Shown here: positions 23,911-37,900 of the stretch, in pieces
Numbering within the stretch: the first letter of the stretch is position 1
How the letters are laid out: each line of letters starts with the position of its first letter
From: Eledone cirrhosa
Taxonomy: Eukaryota
Reading direction: 5' to 3'
Length of the DNA stretch: 64,000 bases
Assembly (NCBI GenBank): GCA_964016885.1
Contig: OZ024742.1
Location: forward strand, 285,324,001 to 285,388,000
The notes under the pieces: generated by a model
What the model was told of the DNA's origin: nothing
Databases searched by the model: none
The model's input: the letters and a program-made list of their open reading frames with translations, nothing else
Position numbers and translations under genes: made by a program

Positions 23911-25217
23911 CACACATATCATCATCTCTTCATCATGGCTCTCTTTCCATCTATAATTCTCTCTAAACTCCTCATTTACTACTTCAACTAATCCCTTTTA
24001 TCCTCTGTAATCTTCTCTCTCCTTCCAACACACACACTACACAACACATACTATTGCTATCTCTATATCTGTTAGACACACACAATGTCCGACTCTGCTC
24101 TCTATTCCCTACGTCTTCTCTTCTCAAGCTAACACTCACCACATTCTCCCCTTTATCTGCTACACACACCACACCGTCCATCTCTATATTTCTCTCAACT
24201 CATCCTTTTTTATCCTCTTTAATTTTGTCTCTCCTTCTGTTACAACACAAGCATCATACATACACACACTATTTCTCTCCCCTCTCTCTATCCCTTCTCT
24301 CTCTGTCCATTCTCTCTGTCCCTTCTCTCTGTCCCTTCTCTCTGTCCCTTCTCTCTGTCCCTTCTCTCTCTCCCTTCTCTTCCCTCTCTCTCCTCTCTCC
24401 ACCTTCTTCCCTACTCCTCGCTTCCTCCACCCCCTTATCCCCACCCCATTCCCCCTTCAACCTCTCTCTCCCTCCGTCGTCACTCCCCTTATTCCTTCCC
24501 GATTTCTCTCCCTCCATCCTCACTCCCCCTATTCCCTCTCTTCCCTTCTTCCCCCTCTCTCCCTCCCGCCCCCCTAATCTTCTTCCCCATCCTCCTCTTC
24601 TTCCCCATCTCCTCTCCCTTTTCTTCCCAAACACCTCCCCCCACTTATCCCTCATCTCCTCTCCCTTTCCCCCCACGTATTCCCCATCTCCTCTCCCCTT
24701 TCTCCCCCATATTCTCCCCCTTTTCTCATATTCCCCTCTCCCCACCACTAACTCCACTCCTCTCCCACACTCTCTCTCTCCTGTTTACTTTCAATAACTG
24801 ATGCAACATCACTCACTAACTCACCCATTTTATGTCCACATCTCTGCACTTCTTTCAACTCACCCTACATCTCAAATTTATTTCTATTCCCACTCAAGCT
24901 GTCTGCTCTTCTATTAAATGTTTGCAACCCCTTGTCTATATTATGTTCTCAGACATAGATTTTCTAATCTTTAACTCTACTCCCCAAATTCTGTAATCTC
25001 TCTCTCACACACAGTCTGTGATATTATATAATATATATTATAGATTTTATAATATATATTTATTTTATATATTTTATATATATATAGAAGATCCCGTTAA
25101 GGGTGAAAGCAGCGATTCTTTGCTTAAACTTTAATCTGTTATTTTAATAAATATATATATATATATCTTATAAAATAACAGGAGGCTGGACTGGTGTAAA
25201 TCCTTGAAAGGTTTATT

Positions 25218-25275
25218 ATACTATGATCATTTCAATGACCGGGTTCAGTATGAATCCGGTGACATCATCAGGTAT
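25218..25275 (-). ncRNA. Type I hammerhead-like motif in PLE pLTR remnant
   Basis: atac CTGATGA tgtc accgg attca tac tgaac ccggt catt GAAA tgatca TA gtat; palindromic stem III. Confidence 0.62.
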
Positions 25276-25574
25276 TCAAAATATAACAAAGGAATATAAC
25301 AGATAAAATCCATGGGGCTGAAAGTCAGAGACAAGAGGACAACCGACTATTTAGCAGCTTCTACCTCGGTCGGCCGCCCTCAAACCTAAATATATATATA
25401 TATATAAAATGATATAACACATATATAACATACATGACCTAAAAGATATAACATGAAAAAATAAAGCCATATATACACACAGTAAATAGTGTAATGTCCT
25501 TTCTTTTTTTAGAAAATAGTAACCTAAGTAAACATGAAAGAACAGCCGAACTCCCACTGTTATCGCCTCCATCT

Positions 25575-26003
25575 CTCTCACCCTCCCCATCTCTCTGTAT
25601 GGTGAGCAAATGGGGTCCCGCGTGCTGGCCTCCACACAGCCCCGGCGGACAGAATGGAGAAGGCGTTTCCCCGGAGGATGGTAAGGGAGATGCGCTGGAA
25701 GAGCCATTCCAACTCACGAGGCTCACACCTGCAGCTGGCCAGCTCACCGCCTATGGTGGTGAGTAGGGAGGTAGCCCTAGGGCCAAGGACACCAGAAGTC
25801 TCCACTGCCAAGGGCACGACCGCGAACCTGTCGGAGAGCGACCGGTACTTGGAGAGTTTGGCCTCCTCAGCCCGACGTGCAGCAGAACCTGGGTTAGTCG
25901 CAGACTGCACCAGGTTGCGGCTGGAGAAAGTGTCGCTGCACGTGGCATCCCAGACGAGGGGTTTGCCACCGCGGAACGGGAAGAAGGTTATACCGTCTGG
26001 CCT
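25575..26003 (-). mobile_element. CRE-clade LINE 3' fragment with restriction-like endonuclease
   Basis: RPDGITFFPFRGGKPLVWDATCSDT..AARRAEEAKLSKY..PLAVETSG..QRISLTILRGNA. Confidence 0.88.
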
Positions 26004-26596
26004 TATTCTATTTCTCTATATTCTCAAGGAGATGGATCCTTGTTTCTATAGTAGATGTTTATATAAACTATGATACTAATAGGAATAATACTTCGTAAAT
26101 ATAATGGAGAAATTTCTTAGTAAAAAAATTAAGCTAAAGGCTCAAGGAACATAAATCTAATTCATTTTCACAGTGCTCTACCTAAATAATCATCAATGTG
26201 TATTTATTTGCTGTCACGATATATGTGTATATATATAATATATATATATATAAAAAAGGGTGTCATTTTTTAACAACACATCTCATTATATGTATATATA
26301 TATACGTTTGTAGCCTATCATTTTCGGCAGACTTAAGCTCCTTCATGAATTATCAGCAATTTTTAAAAATTTTGAAATACAAAGGGCAAGGTCTTTAGGT
26401 AAGGAATGTAATTTGGCGCTATTTTCAATAATTCATAAAGCTATAGTTGTTTTTTAACGACACAGGCACACTAATAAACCAATATACAAAATGACACAAA
26501 AAACCCCCCAAAACAAAGCAAAGTGTCTAGAATGTTCTAAAATGTAAGTGTATATATATTTCAAACATATATCTTGCCTTAGTTGTTTTGGGTTTT

Positions 26597-26700
<104 letters not shown>

Positions 26701-27219
26701 GCAAAAATTAAACAGAAATATATATAACAGATATATATATATTTATCTTTATATATGTATGTGTGTGTGTATATATATATATATTATATATACACACACA
26801 CGCTATTTTTGTTGTTTTTGAGTGTTACTTCTATATTCTGTCGTGTGGTTAGATAACGTTTTGGAATCGTTTCCAAACTCTCTTATCTCCTCAGACTATA
26901 CAATAAAACAATAAACCAAAAACACTAAATATATACTATTATTATTCTTTTAATATTTTACTGGTTTCCTTCATTGGTCTGTGACCATGTTGGGGTACCG
27001 CATTCAAGAGGTTTAGTCAATCATTTCCACACTAGTACTTTTGCTTTTCAAATCTCACTGTATTGATCTCGAGTTATCTAGCTTCTAAATTATGGGCTAT
27101 AACCAATCAGTAAACACACACACCCTTATGTATAATGGCTGACTGAATACACTGAATATACACATGTTTTTCCCCCGTTCCTTCCTCTTCTCATTCTTTA
27201 TCTTCTCTTTCTAACTGTA

Positions 27220-27258
27220 TGTTCTGATGATGGACTAGTGTTCGAAACGTTAAGACTT
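27220..27258 (+). ncRNA. Minimal hammerhead motif (PLE remnant, same family as 61025-61062)
   Basis: CTGATGA t ggac tagt gttc GAAA cgt TA ag; stem I is weak. Confidence 0.55.
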
Positions 27259-27409
27259 TTCCCCTGCTATTTCAAGCGTTAAATTAATATATTTCTTCAA
27301 TGTACTGTGTCGTTTGTTTTGTTATAACTCTCCCCCTTTATCACAATTATGATGTCCTAAATTCCCCAGAAAATAACTTATATCTTATAAATATAACCAG
27401 TAACAAAAT

Positions 27410-27615
27410 ATTCACCTAGTCTAGCAAGATATTCCTGGCTCACCTAGTCCCAAGACCTTCAAGTTGTACCTGGCTCAACTAGTCTATAGAACCACAAGAT
27501 GTACCCGGATCACCTAGTCTAAAGAACAGCAAGATGTACCTGGCTCAACTAGACTATAGAACCACAAGATCTACCAAGCTCAACTACTCTATAGAACTTC
27601 AAGTTGTACCTGGCT
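27410..27615. repeat. ~35-bp minisatellite
   Basis: ctagtcta.agaac.acaagatgtacctggctca repeated about 6 times. Confidence 0.8.
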
Positions 27616-27839
27616 GTCATTGGGATAGATTAATCTATTTTCTGAAAATTGCAAACTTGACTGTCACCACTGAATATGAACCTGAAGATTGCGAAAGCAT
27701 GAAAGTACTTGTTCAATTAACATTTAACATTTAATATTCTACCATACTATTTCATTACAATATCATTATAATTTTAAAGGATTGTAAATAAAACGAGTAA
27801 ATCAGACAAAGTTGGAATTTGGAATTCCTTTTATTAATA

Positions 27840-27884
<45 letters not shown>

Positions 27885-28464
27885 TGTATATATAGGAAAA
27901 GAGTTAGGACCCCGACGGCTGAGCTACGGCCGTTTCAGCTAGTATATATATATATATATATACTAGTATATACAATATTAAATAAATGGAAACTATATTT
28001 ATAAAACCATATTTATTTCATTATATATATTTCAGGGATAACATATTAACAATATGCTATGCCGTTTCGGACGATAGATAGATTTGGAATTGGAAAAAAT
28101 GTCTTTAGATAAAAATAACAGATCCATTCATGTTGACTTATCTTGTTTTATAAATATAGTTTCCATTTATTTAATATTGTAAATATACTCCAAATATTTG
28201 TCGAGTGCTTTTATATCAGTTATAAATATTTACTAGTTGTAACACAACAATTTAAATATAACTTTCCATATACTAGTATATATATATATATACTAGTATA
28301 TATATATATATATATATATATATCGTGTAAAAGACTCCTGTGGACGGGAAAAAAAGTAGATAGAACCGATTTTCTCACTTATTATATAGTGATCAACAAT
28401 TGATAATTTCTGTGTTGGGACGACTACATTTTAGATTTCTTGTGTGTGTGTTGTATATCTAACG

Positions 28465-28505
<41 letters not shown>

Positions 28506-28920
28506 ACGCGCACGCGCGCGCGCACACACACACACTCTTTCACTCTCTCCCCGTTTTTCGTCCCCCCTCTCTCTGTCGTTAGTGGGAGTTGCGAGCAGGA
28601 AAGCCGTGTAAGAGAAAAAAATTTGATTTCATGTGAAAGGAGGCAAGGAGGAAAGTCCAACGATAGTGTGCGTGTGTGAGAGAGAAGGACAGACACGTAG
28701 AGAGAGAAATGTCTAAGAGGGAAGAGAGAGAGAGAGAGAGAGAGAGGTAGAGATGTTTGAGAAAGCGAGTGATATAGGAGGCAGAGAGAAAGATTAGTGA
28801 GAAATAGGAAACGTTTAAAGAGATAGCGAGAAAGACAGACATATACAGTGTGAGAAAAAAATGTTTAGAGAGGGAAAAGAGAAACATTATATATATATAT
28901 ATAATGTTTCTCTTTTCCCT

Positions 28921-29099
28921 TGGCAGTATCGGTAGAGGGTCGGATGCCATGCTTTCCAGCATAGTTACGTCCCTTTACGATCTGAGTTCAAATCCCGCCG
29001 AGGTTGACTTTGCCTTTCATCCTTACGGGGTCGATAAAATAAAGTACCAGTAATGAACTGGGTAATTGCTGGCCTTGTGCCTAAAGTAGAAACAATTAT
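28921..29099 (+). mobile_element. tRNA-derived SINE (young subfamily)
   Basis: Near-identical to 60524-60709 and 51026-51179. Confidence 0.9.
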
Positions 29100-29287
29100 A
29101 TATATATATATATATATGTAGAAGAGAAAGTGTTTCAGGAAAGAGTGACGGTGAGAAACACAAAGAGTGAGAGAAAAAGAGAGAGAAATGTTTAAAGAAA
29201 GAGAGAGAGAGAGAAAGAAAGAACTGTTTAAAAAGGAGTGAGAGATAGAAGAGAATGTTTATAAGAGAGACGGTGAGAAATACAAAC

Positions 29288-29318
<31 letters not shown>

Positions 29319-29845
29319 TGTTTAATTTGAGAGAGTGAGACATAAAGTGTGTGAGAAAATGTTTGAGGGGCAGGAGAAATAGAGAGAACAATTTTTAAGA
29401 GAGATATAGTGAGAACATAATGAGAGAGAGAAAAAGAGAAAGAAAGAAAGAAAGAAACAGAGAGGGAGAGAGAGAGAGAATTGCAATGTAGCGCGAGAGA
29501 TTTGAAATGAGATGTGTGCAGGGCGTAAGAGAGAAAGAGTAAAAGCTAGATGTGTAGGTGTGTGTGTAGGAGTGTATAGGCGGGTGTGTGTGTGTAGTGT
29601 AGTGTAGTAGTATGTAGGTGTGCGTGTGAGTATATAGGTGTGTCTGAGGTTGTATGTGCAGGAGCATGTTTTTTAGATGTGCGTGTGTGAGTGTATAGGT
29701 GTGTGTTAGTGTGTATACATGTATATGTGTGTGTATATGTACATGTGTAGGAGTACGTTTGTAGGTGTGTGTGTGTAAGTGTGTATGTATGTGTATATGT
29801 GTGTGTGTATGTATGTGTGTGTGTGTGTAAGTGTGTATGTATGTG

Positions 29846-29877
<32 letters not shown>

Positions 29878-29898
29878 TGTATGTATGTATGTATGTAT

Positions 29899-30090
29899 GG
29901 GTCACTCTTGAGCGCTACTGGTAACATGTAACCCAGTACAACCTGTCGCATGGTCGGGTCGTCGGCGACTAAACCGAAAACCCTCACCAAGTTTACTTGG
30001 TGAGGAGGGTGATTTTGGACACCCTGCAGGACAAAAACAAAACCTGACAAAGGGTGGAAGAAATCATAAAAGTCAACGGTCATCCAAAAG
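29899..30090 (+). mobile_element. Probable retroelement 5' leader fragment abutting (GTAT)n
   Basis: GC-richer structured block (hairpin cctcaccaagt-tt-acttggtgagg) embedded in microsatellite. An RTE origin is recalled, not demonstrated. Confidence 0.35.
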
Positions 30091-30171
30091 TGTGTAAATA
30101 TGTATATACACATGTACATATGTATGTATATGTATATGTGTATATACATGGGTGCATGTGTGTGTATATGC

Positions 30172-30503
30172 GCGGGGACATTGAAATAGTCGGGCTGGAC
30201 ACCCGATCGCGCAGTTAAACCACTGGGAGTGAAGGACCCCTAGCCTTCGTCTGGGCATTCTTCTAGGAGAAGGTAACTCAGGAAACTGGGATAACTCCGA
30301 CATAAAACCTGCGGCTCACTAGTTACCGATGATGTTGATCTTTTCTTCTTTTCGGGATATAGCTACTGTCTCTCAGAGAGTGGGATTGGCTCAGTGCACA
30401 GTATTTCCTCACTTTAAAAAATCTTCACGCACAGGCATTGCACGATAGAATTAATTAATAATTATTAATAATGGTATACCGTACAACGAGGGGACAGCCA
30501 TCA

Positions 30504-30504
<1 letters not shown>
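30172..30504 (+). mobile_element. RTE-related non-autonomous retroposon, family A
   Basis: Second copy at 38440-38787 (minus). ctaggagaagg.aactc leader motif, ends cagccatc plus tetranucleotide tail. Confidence 0.7.
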
Positions 30505-30554
<50 letters not shown>

Positions 30555-30583
30555 ATGTATGTATGTATGTATGTATGTATGTA

Positions 30584-30994
30584 TCGGGAGAGATGACCCC
30601 TTAGCCTTTGTCAAGGCAGAATTCTAGGAGAAGGAAAACTCTGATATAACACCTGCAACTCTGATGGTATCCAATGATGTTGACTGGTTCTTTTTTTTGG
30701 TAAATATCATCTTGGTTAAGAGAGTGGGACTGGCTTTGTGCAGTGCCTTTGCTCACTATAAAAGCTTCACGGCACAGGCATTGCTTTATATCTGGAGATC
30801 TCTGCACTTGTCGTCACATGGTGCCATGGGCCCAGCACTATGTGTCAATAATTGTCACAGGTGTAGTGTTTGTACCAGAGTTTTCAAGTCGCTGGCTGGA
30901 CTAAAAAGTCACACTTGTTCAGCGCATCGGTAGGGGTTCTCCTACATGGATCTAAAGTAGTGGCCGTACTCGAAAACGAGTTGGCAGCCACCAT
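30584..30994 (+). mobile_element. RTE-related non-autonomous retroposon, family B
   Basis: Second copy at 39140-39548 (minus). Leader shared with family A, C-terminal zinc-finger remnant CSVCTRVFKSLAGLKSH, ends ggcagccacc plus (ATGT)n. Confidence 0.72.
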
Positions 30995-31919
30995 GTATGT
31001 ATGTATGAATGTGTATGTGTGCTTTACAATGAAGAGCAAGAACATGAGACAATTTAAATGAAGGCGTGGTGTAGGTAAAAGTGGAGAGTTTGTTTTTAGA
31101 TGAGCGAAAGGAGAGGACATAGAGATATTATGAGGTGGGGGAGAAAGAGAGAGAGTAGAGGTAACAAGAAGAAAAAGTGATGATGATGGTGATGGTGGCT
31201 ACAAGAGGAAGAGATGGAGGGGAGAATAAGCCAGTAAAATAGGGGTGAGGCATGAAAATAAAATAAAATACAATAAAATCAAATCAAGAAAGTCGGAGCG
31301 GAAAGTGGCGGAAAGGAGCGGAAAGTGTCGGAGAGTGGTGATGTTTGCAAACAGCTGTCTTCTGGAAATATGAGTGGTAGTATTTCACCAAAATGTCACA
31401 CTGACCTAATGGCGGCTTTTACAGACCATGAGACAGTGATGGTGGCTGTGGCGGGGGATGAAAAACGAGAGGATGGTGGTGGTAGTGGTAGTGGTGGTGG
31501 TGGTGGTGGATATGTTGTGTGTTGGTATGCAAGGACTTGTCTGTTTCGGTGCTTGGTTGTGAGTCTGGTTGGTTGTCTGGTGTGTGTGTGTGTATGTGTG
31601 TGTGTGTATGTGTGTATGTGTGTGGTTCGTTGTGTCTGGTTGGTTGTCGGGGTGTGTGTGTGTATGTGTGTGTGTGTATGTGTGTATGTGTGTGGTTCGT
31701 TGTGTCTGGTTGGTTGTCGGGGTGTGTGTGTGTGAGTCTGGTTAGTTGTCGGTGTGTGTGTGTGTGTGTGTGTGTGTCTGGTTGGTTGTCGGGGTGGTGC
31801 CTGGCTGGTTGTCGGGGTGGGTGTGGTTTGTTGTGGTGTGTGTGTGTGTGTGTGTGTGGAGGGGGAGTGAGGATCTGTCTGTATGAGTATGCAAGGACGT
31901 GTGTGTGCTTGGCTGGTTG

Positions 31920-34900
31920 GGCGGAGGAAGAGAAATACTTGGCTAGTTGTGGGGGTGTGTACTTGGCTGTTTGTGTGTGTGTGTGTGTGTGGGGGGGGGT
32001 GTACCTGGCTGTTTGTGGAGGTGTGTACCTGGCTAGTTGTGGGGGGGTACCTGGCTAGTTGTGTGTGTGTGTGTGTGTGTGGGGGGGGTACCTGGCTGTT
32101 TGTGGGGGGGTGTACTTGGCTGTTTGTGGGGTGTGTACCTAGCTGTTTGTGGGGGTGTGTACCTGGCTGTTTGTGGGGGTGTGTACCTGGCTGTTTGTGG
32201 GGGTGTGTACCTGGCTGTTTGTGGGGGCTGAGTACCTGGCTGTTTGTGGAGTTGTGTACCTGGCTGTTTGTGGGTGTGTGTACCTGGCTGTTGGTGGAGG
32301 TGTGTACCTGGCTGTTTGTGGGTGTGTACTTGGTTGTTTGTGGGTGTGTGTACTTGGCTGTTTGTGGGGGTGTGCCTGGCTAGTTGTGGGGGTGTGTACC
32401 TGGCTGTTTGTGTGTGTGTGTGTGTGTGGGGGGGGGGTGTACTTGGCTTTTTGTGGGGGTGTGTGCCTGGCTGTTTGTGGGGGTGTGTAACAGGCTGTTT
32501 GTGGGTGTGTGTAACTGCCTGTTTATGGGGGTGTGTACCTGGCTGTTTGTGGGTGTGTGTAATTGGCTGTTTGTGGGGTGTGTGTACCTGGGTATTTGTG
32601 GGGGGTGTAATTGGCTGATTGTGGGGGGTGTGTACCTGGCTAGTTGTGTGTGTGTGTGGGGGGGGGGGTGTACCTGGCTAGTTGTGGGGGTGTGTACCTG
32701 GCTAGTTGTGGGGTGTGTACCTGGCTGTTTGTGGGGTGTGTAATTGGCTGTTTGTGGAGGTGTGTACCTGGCTAGTTGTGGGGGTGTGTACCTGGCTAGT
32801 TGTGGGGGATTGTACTTGGCTGTTTGTGGGGGTGTGTATCTGGCTGTTTGTGGGGGTGTGTATCTGGCTGTTTGTGGGGGGTGTACCTGGCTAGTTGTGG
32901 GTGTGTGTAACTGGCTGTTTGTGGAGGTGTGTACCTGGCTAGTTGTGGGTGTGTGTAACTGGCTGTTTGTGGCGTGTGTACTTGGTTGTTTGTGGGTGTG
33001 TGTACTTGGCTGTTTGTGGGGGTGTGTGCCTGGCTAGTTGTGGGGGTGTGTACCTGGCTAGTTGTGGGGGTGTGTACCTGGCTAGTTGTGGGGGTGTGTA
33101 CCTGGCTAGTTGTGGGGGTGTGTACCTGGCTGTTTGTGGCGTGTGTACCTGGCTGTTTGTGGCGTGTGTACCTGGCTGTTTGTGGGGGTGTGTACTTGGC
33201 TGTTTGTGGGGGTGTGTGCCTGGCTAGTTGTGGGTGTGTGTACCTGGCTAGCTGTGGGGGTGTGTACCTGGCTAGTTGTGGGGGTGTGTACCAGGCTGTT
33301 TGTGGGGTTGTGTACCTGGCTGTTTGTGGGGGCTGAGTACCTGACTGTTTGTGGGGGTGTGTACCTGGCTAGTTGTGGAGGTGTGTACTTGGCTGTTTGT
33401 GGAGGTGTGTACCTGGCTGTTTGTGGGGGTGTATAACTGGCCGTTTGTGGGTGTGTGTACCTGCCTGTTTATGGGGGTGTGTACCTGGCTGTTTGCGGGT
33501 GTGTGTAATTGGCTGTTTGTGGGGTGTGTGTACCTGGGTATTTGTGGGGGGGTGTAATTGTCTGATTGTGGAAGTGTGTACCTGGCTGTTTGTGGGGGTG
33601 TGTACCTGGCTGTTTGTGGGGGTGTGTACCTGGCTGTTTGTGGGGGCTGAGTACCTGGCTGTTTGTGGAGTTGTGTACCTGGCTGTTTGTGGGTGTGTGT
33701 ACCTGGCTGTTGGTGGAGGTGTGTACCTGGCTGTTTGTGGGTGTGTACTTGGTTGTTTGTGGGTGTGTGTACTTGGCTGTTTGTGGGGGTGTGCCTGGCT
33801 AGTTGTGGGGGTGTGTACCTGGCTGTTTGTGTGTGTGTGTGTGTGTGTGGGGGGGTGTACTTGGCTTTTTGTGGGGGTGTGTGCCTGGCTGTTTGTGGGG
33901 GTGTGTAACAGGCTGTTTGTGGGTGTGTGTAACTGCCTGTTTATGGGGGTGTGTACCTGGCTGTTTGTGGGTGTGTGTAATTGGCTGTTTGTGGGGTGTG
34001 TGTACCTGGGTATTTGTGGGGGGTGTAATTGGCTGATTGTGGGGGGTGTGTACCTGGCTAGTTGTGTGTGTGTGTGGGGGGGGGGGTGTACCTGGCTAGT
34101 TGTGGGGGTGTGTACCTGGCTAGTTGTGGGGTGTGTACCTGGCTGTTTGTGGGGTGTGTAATTGGCTGTTTGTGGAGGTGTGTACCTGGCTAGTTGTGGG
34201 GGTGTGTACCTGGCTAGTTGTGGGGGATTGTACTTGGCTGTTTGTGGGGGTGTGTATCTGGCTGTTTGTGGGGGTGTGTATCTGGCTGTTTGTGGGGGGT
34301 GTACCTGGCTAGTTGTGGGTGTGTGTAACTGGCTGTTTGTGGAGGTGTGTACCTGGCTAGTTGTGGGTGTGTGTAACTGGCTGTTTGTGGCGTGTGTACT
34401 TGGTTGTTTGTGGGTGTGTGTACTTGGCTGTTTGTGGGGGTGTGTGCCTGGCTAGTTGTGGGGGTGTGTACCTGGCTAGTTGTGGGGGTGTGTACCTGGC
34501 TAGTTGTGGGGGTGTGTACCTGGCTAGTTGTGGGGGTGTGTACCTGGCTGTTTGTGGCGTGTGTACCTGGCTGTTTGTGGCGTGTGTACCTGGCTGTTTG
34601 TGGGGGTGTGTACTTGGCTGTTTGTGGGGGTGTGTGCCTGGCTAGTTGTGGGTGTGTGTACCTGGCTAGCTGTGGGGGTGTGTACCTGGCTAGTTGTGGG
34701 GGTGTGTACCAGGCTGTTTGTGGGGTTGTGTACCTGGCTGTTTGTGGGGGCTGAGTACCTGACTGTTTGTGGGGGTGTGTACCTGGCTAGTTGTGGAGGT
34801 GTGTACTTGGCTGTTTGTGGAGGTGTGTACCTGGCTGTTTGTGGGGGTGTATAACTGGCCGTTTGTGGGTGTGTGTACCTGCCTGTTTATGGGGGTGTGT

Positions 34901-37900
34901 ACCTGGCTGTTTGCGGGTGTGTGTAATTGGCTGTTTGTGGGGTGTGTGTACCTGGGTATTTGTGGGGGGGTGTAATTGTCTGATTGTGGAAGTGTGTACC
35001 TGGCTGTTTGTGGGGGTGTGTACATGGCTAGTTTTGGGCGTTTGTACTTGGATGTTTGTGGGTGTGTGTACCTGGCTGTTTGTGGAGGTGTGTACCTGGC
35101 TAGTCGTGGGGGGTGGGGGGGGGGTGGGGGGTGTACCTGGCTAGTTGTGGGGCTGCGTACCGGGCTGTTTGTGGGGGTGTGTACCTGGCTGTTTGTGGGG
35201 GTGTGTACCTGGCTAGTTGTGGGGGTGTGTACATGGCTAGTTGTGGGTGTGTGTACCTGTCTATTTGTGGGGGTGTGTACCTGGCTAGTTGTGGGGGTGT
35301 GTACATGGCTAGGTGTGGGTGTGTGTACCTGTCTGTTTGTGGGGGTGTGTACCTGGCTAGTTGTGGGGGTGTGTACATGGCTAGTTGTGGGTGTGTGTAC
35401 CTGTCTGTTTGTGGAGGTGTGTACTCGGCTGTTTGTGGGGGTGTGTACCTGGCTAGTTGTGGGGGTGTGTACCTGGCTGTTTGTGGGTGTGTGTACCTGG
35501 CTAGTTGTGAGGGTGTGTGCTTGGCTAGTTGTAGGGGTGTGTACCTGGCTGTTTGTGGGGGTGTGTACCTGGCTGTTTGTTGGGGTGTGTACCTGGCTGT
35601 TTGTGGGTGTGTGTACCTGGCTGTTTGTGGGGGGGTTGTACCTGGCTGTTTGTGGGGGGGGGGGTGTAACTGGCTAGTTGTGGGGGTGTGTACCAGGCTA
35701 GTTGTGGGTGTGTGTACCTGGCTTTTTGTGGGGGTGTGTACCTGGCTGTTTGTGGGTGTGTACCTGGCTAGTTGTGGGGGTGTGTACCTGGCTGATTGTG
35801 GGTGTGTGTACCTGGCTAGTTGTGGGAGTGTGTACCCGTCTGTTTGTGGGGGTGTGTACCTGGCTGTTTGTGGAGGTGTGTACCTGGCTAGTTGTGGGGG
35901 TGTGTACCTGGCTAGTTGTGGGTGTGTGTAACTGGCTGTTTGTGGAGGTGTGTACCTGGCTAGTTGTGGGTGTGTGTACCTGGCTGATTGTGGGTGTGTG
36001 TACCTGGCTAGTTGTGGGAGTGTGTAACTGGCTGTTTGTGGAGGTGTGTACCTGGCTAGTTGTGGGGGTGTGTACCTGGCTGATTGTGGGTGTGTGTACC
36101 TGGCTAGTTGTGGGGGTGTGTACCTGGCTGATTGTGGGTGTGTGTACCTGGCTAGTTGTGGGGGGGTGTACCTGGCTGTTTGTGTGGGTGTGTACCTGGA
36201 TAGTTGTGGGGGTGTGTACCTGGGTAGTTGTGGGTGTGTGTAACTGGCTGTTTGTGGAGGTGTGTACCTGGCTAGTTGTGGGGGTGTGTACCTGGCTGAT
36301 TGTGGGTGTGTGTACCTGGCTGTTTGCGGGGAGGAGGTGTACATGGCTGTTTGTGGGAGGGGGGTTTACCTGGCTGTTTGTGGGGGCTGTGTACCTGGAT
36401 GTTTGTGGCGGCGTGTACCTGGCTAGTTGTGGGGGTGTGTACCAGGCTGTTTGTGGGAAGGGGGAGTACCTGGCTGTTTGTGGGGGCGTGTACCTGGCTA
36501 GTTGTGGGAGTGTGTACCCGTCTGTTTGTGGGTGTGTGTACCTGGCTGTTTGCGGGGAGGACGTGTACATGGCTGTTTGTGGGGGTGTGTACCTGGCTAG
36601 TTGTGGGGGGGGGGGGGTGTACCTGGCTAGTTGTGGGGGTGTGTACCTGGCTGTTTGTGGAGGTGTGTACCTGGCTAATTGTGGGGGTGTGTACCAGGCT
36701 AGTTGTGGGTGTTTGTACCTGGCTGTTTATGGGAAGGGGGTGTACCTGGCTGTTTGTGGGGGTTTGTACTTGGCTGTTTGTGGGGTGTGTGTACCTGGCT
36801 GTTTGTGGGGGGTGTACCTGGCTAGTTGTGGGTGTGGGTAACTGGCTGTTTGTGGAGGTGTGTACCTGGCTAGTTGTGGGGGTGTGTACCTGGCTGTTTA
36901 TGGGAAGGGGGTGTACCTGGCTGTTTGTGGGGGCGTGTACCTGGTTGTTTGTGGGTGTGTGTACCTGGCTAGTTGTGGGGGTGTGTACCTGGTTAGTTGT
37001 GGTGTGTTGTACCTGGCTGTTTGTGTGTGTGTGTACTTGGCTATTTGTGGGGGTGTGTACCTGGCTAGTTGTGGAGGTGTGTACCGGGCTGTTTGTGGGG
37101 TTGTGTACTTGGCTGTTTGTGTGGATGTGTACCTGGCTGTTGGTGGAGGTGTGTACCTGGCTGTTTGTGGGTGTGTGTACCTGGCTGTTTGTGGGGGTGT
37201 GTACCTGGCTAGTTGTGGGGGTGTGTTCCTGGCTGTTTGTGGGGGTGTGTACCTGGCTAGTTGTGGGTGTGTGTACTTGGCTGTTTGTGGGGTTGTGTAC
37301 CTGGCTGTTTGTGGAGGTGTGTACTTGGCTGTTCGTGGGGGTGTGTACTTGGCTGTTTGTGGGTGTGTGTACCTGGCTGTTTGTGGGGGGGGGGGGGGGG
37401 GTTCCTGGCTAGTTGTGGGTGTGTGTACCTGGCTGTTTGTGGGGGTGTGTACCTGGCTGTTTGTGGGGGTGTGTACCTGGCTGTTTGTGGGGGTGTGTAC
37501 CTGGCTAGTTGTGGGGGTGTGTTCCTGGCTGTTTGTTGGGGTGTGTACCTGGCTAGCTGTGGGTGTGTGTACCTGGCTGTTTGTGGGGGTGTGTACCTGG
37601 CTGTTTGAGGGGGTGTGTGCCTGGCTGTTTGAGGGGGTGTGTACCTGGCTGTTTGTGGGGGTGTGTACTTGGCTGTTTGTGGGGTTGTGTACCTGCTGTT
37701 TGTGGGGGTGTGTACCTGGCTGTTTGTGGAGCTGTGTACCTGGCTGTTTGTGTGTGTCTGTGTGAGGGGGGGTGTACCTGGCTGTTTGTGGGGGTGTGTA
37801 CCTGGCTGTTTGTGGGTGTGTGTACCTGGCTGTTTGTGGGGGTGCGTACCTGGCTCTTTGTGGGGGTGTGTCCCTGGCTGTTTGTGGGGGTGTGTACCTG

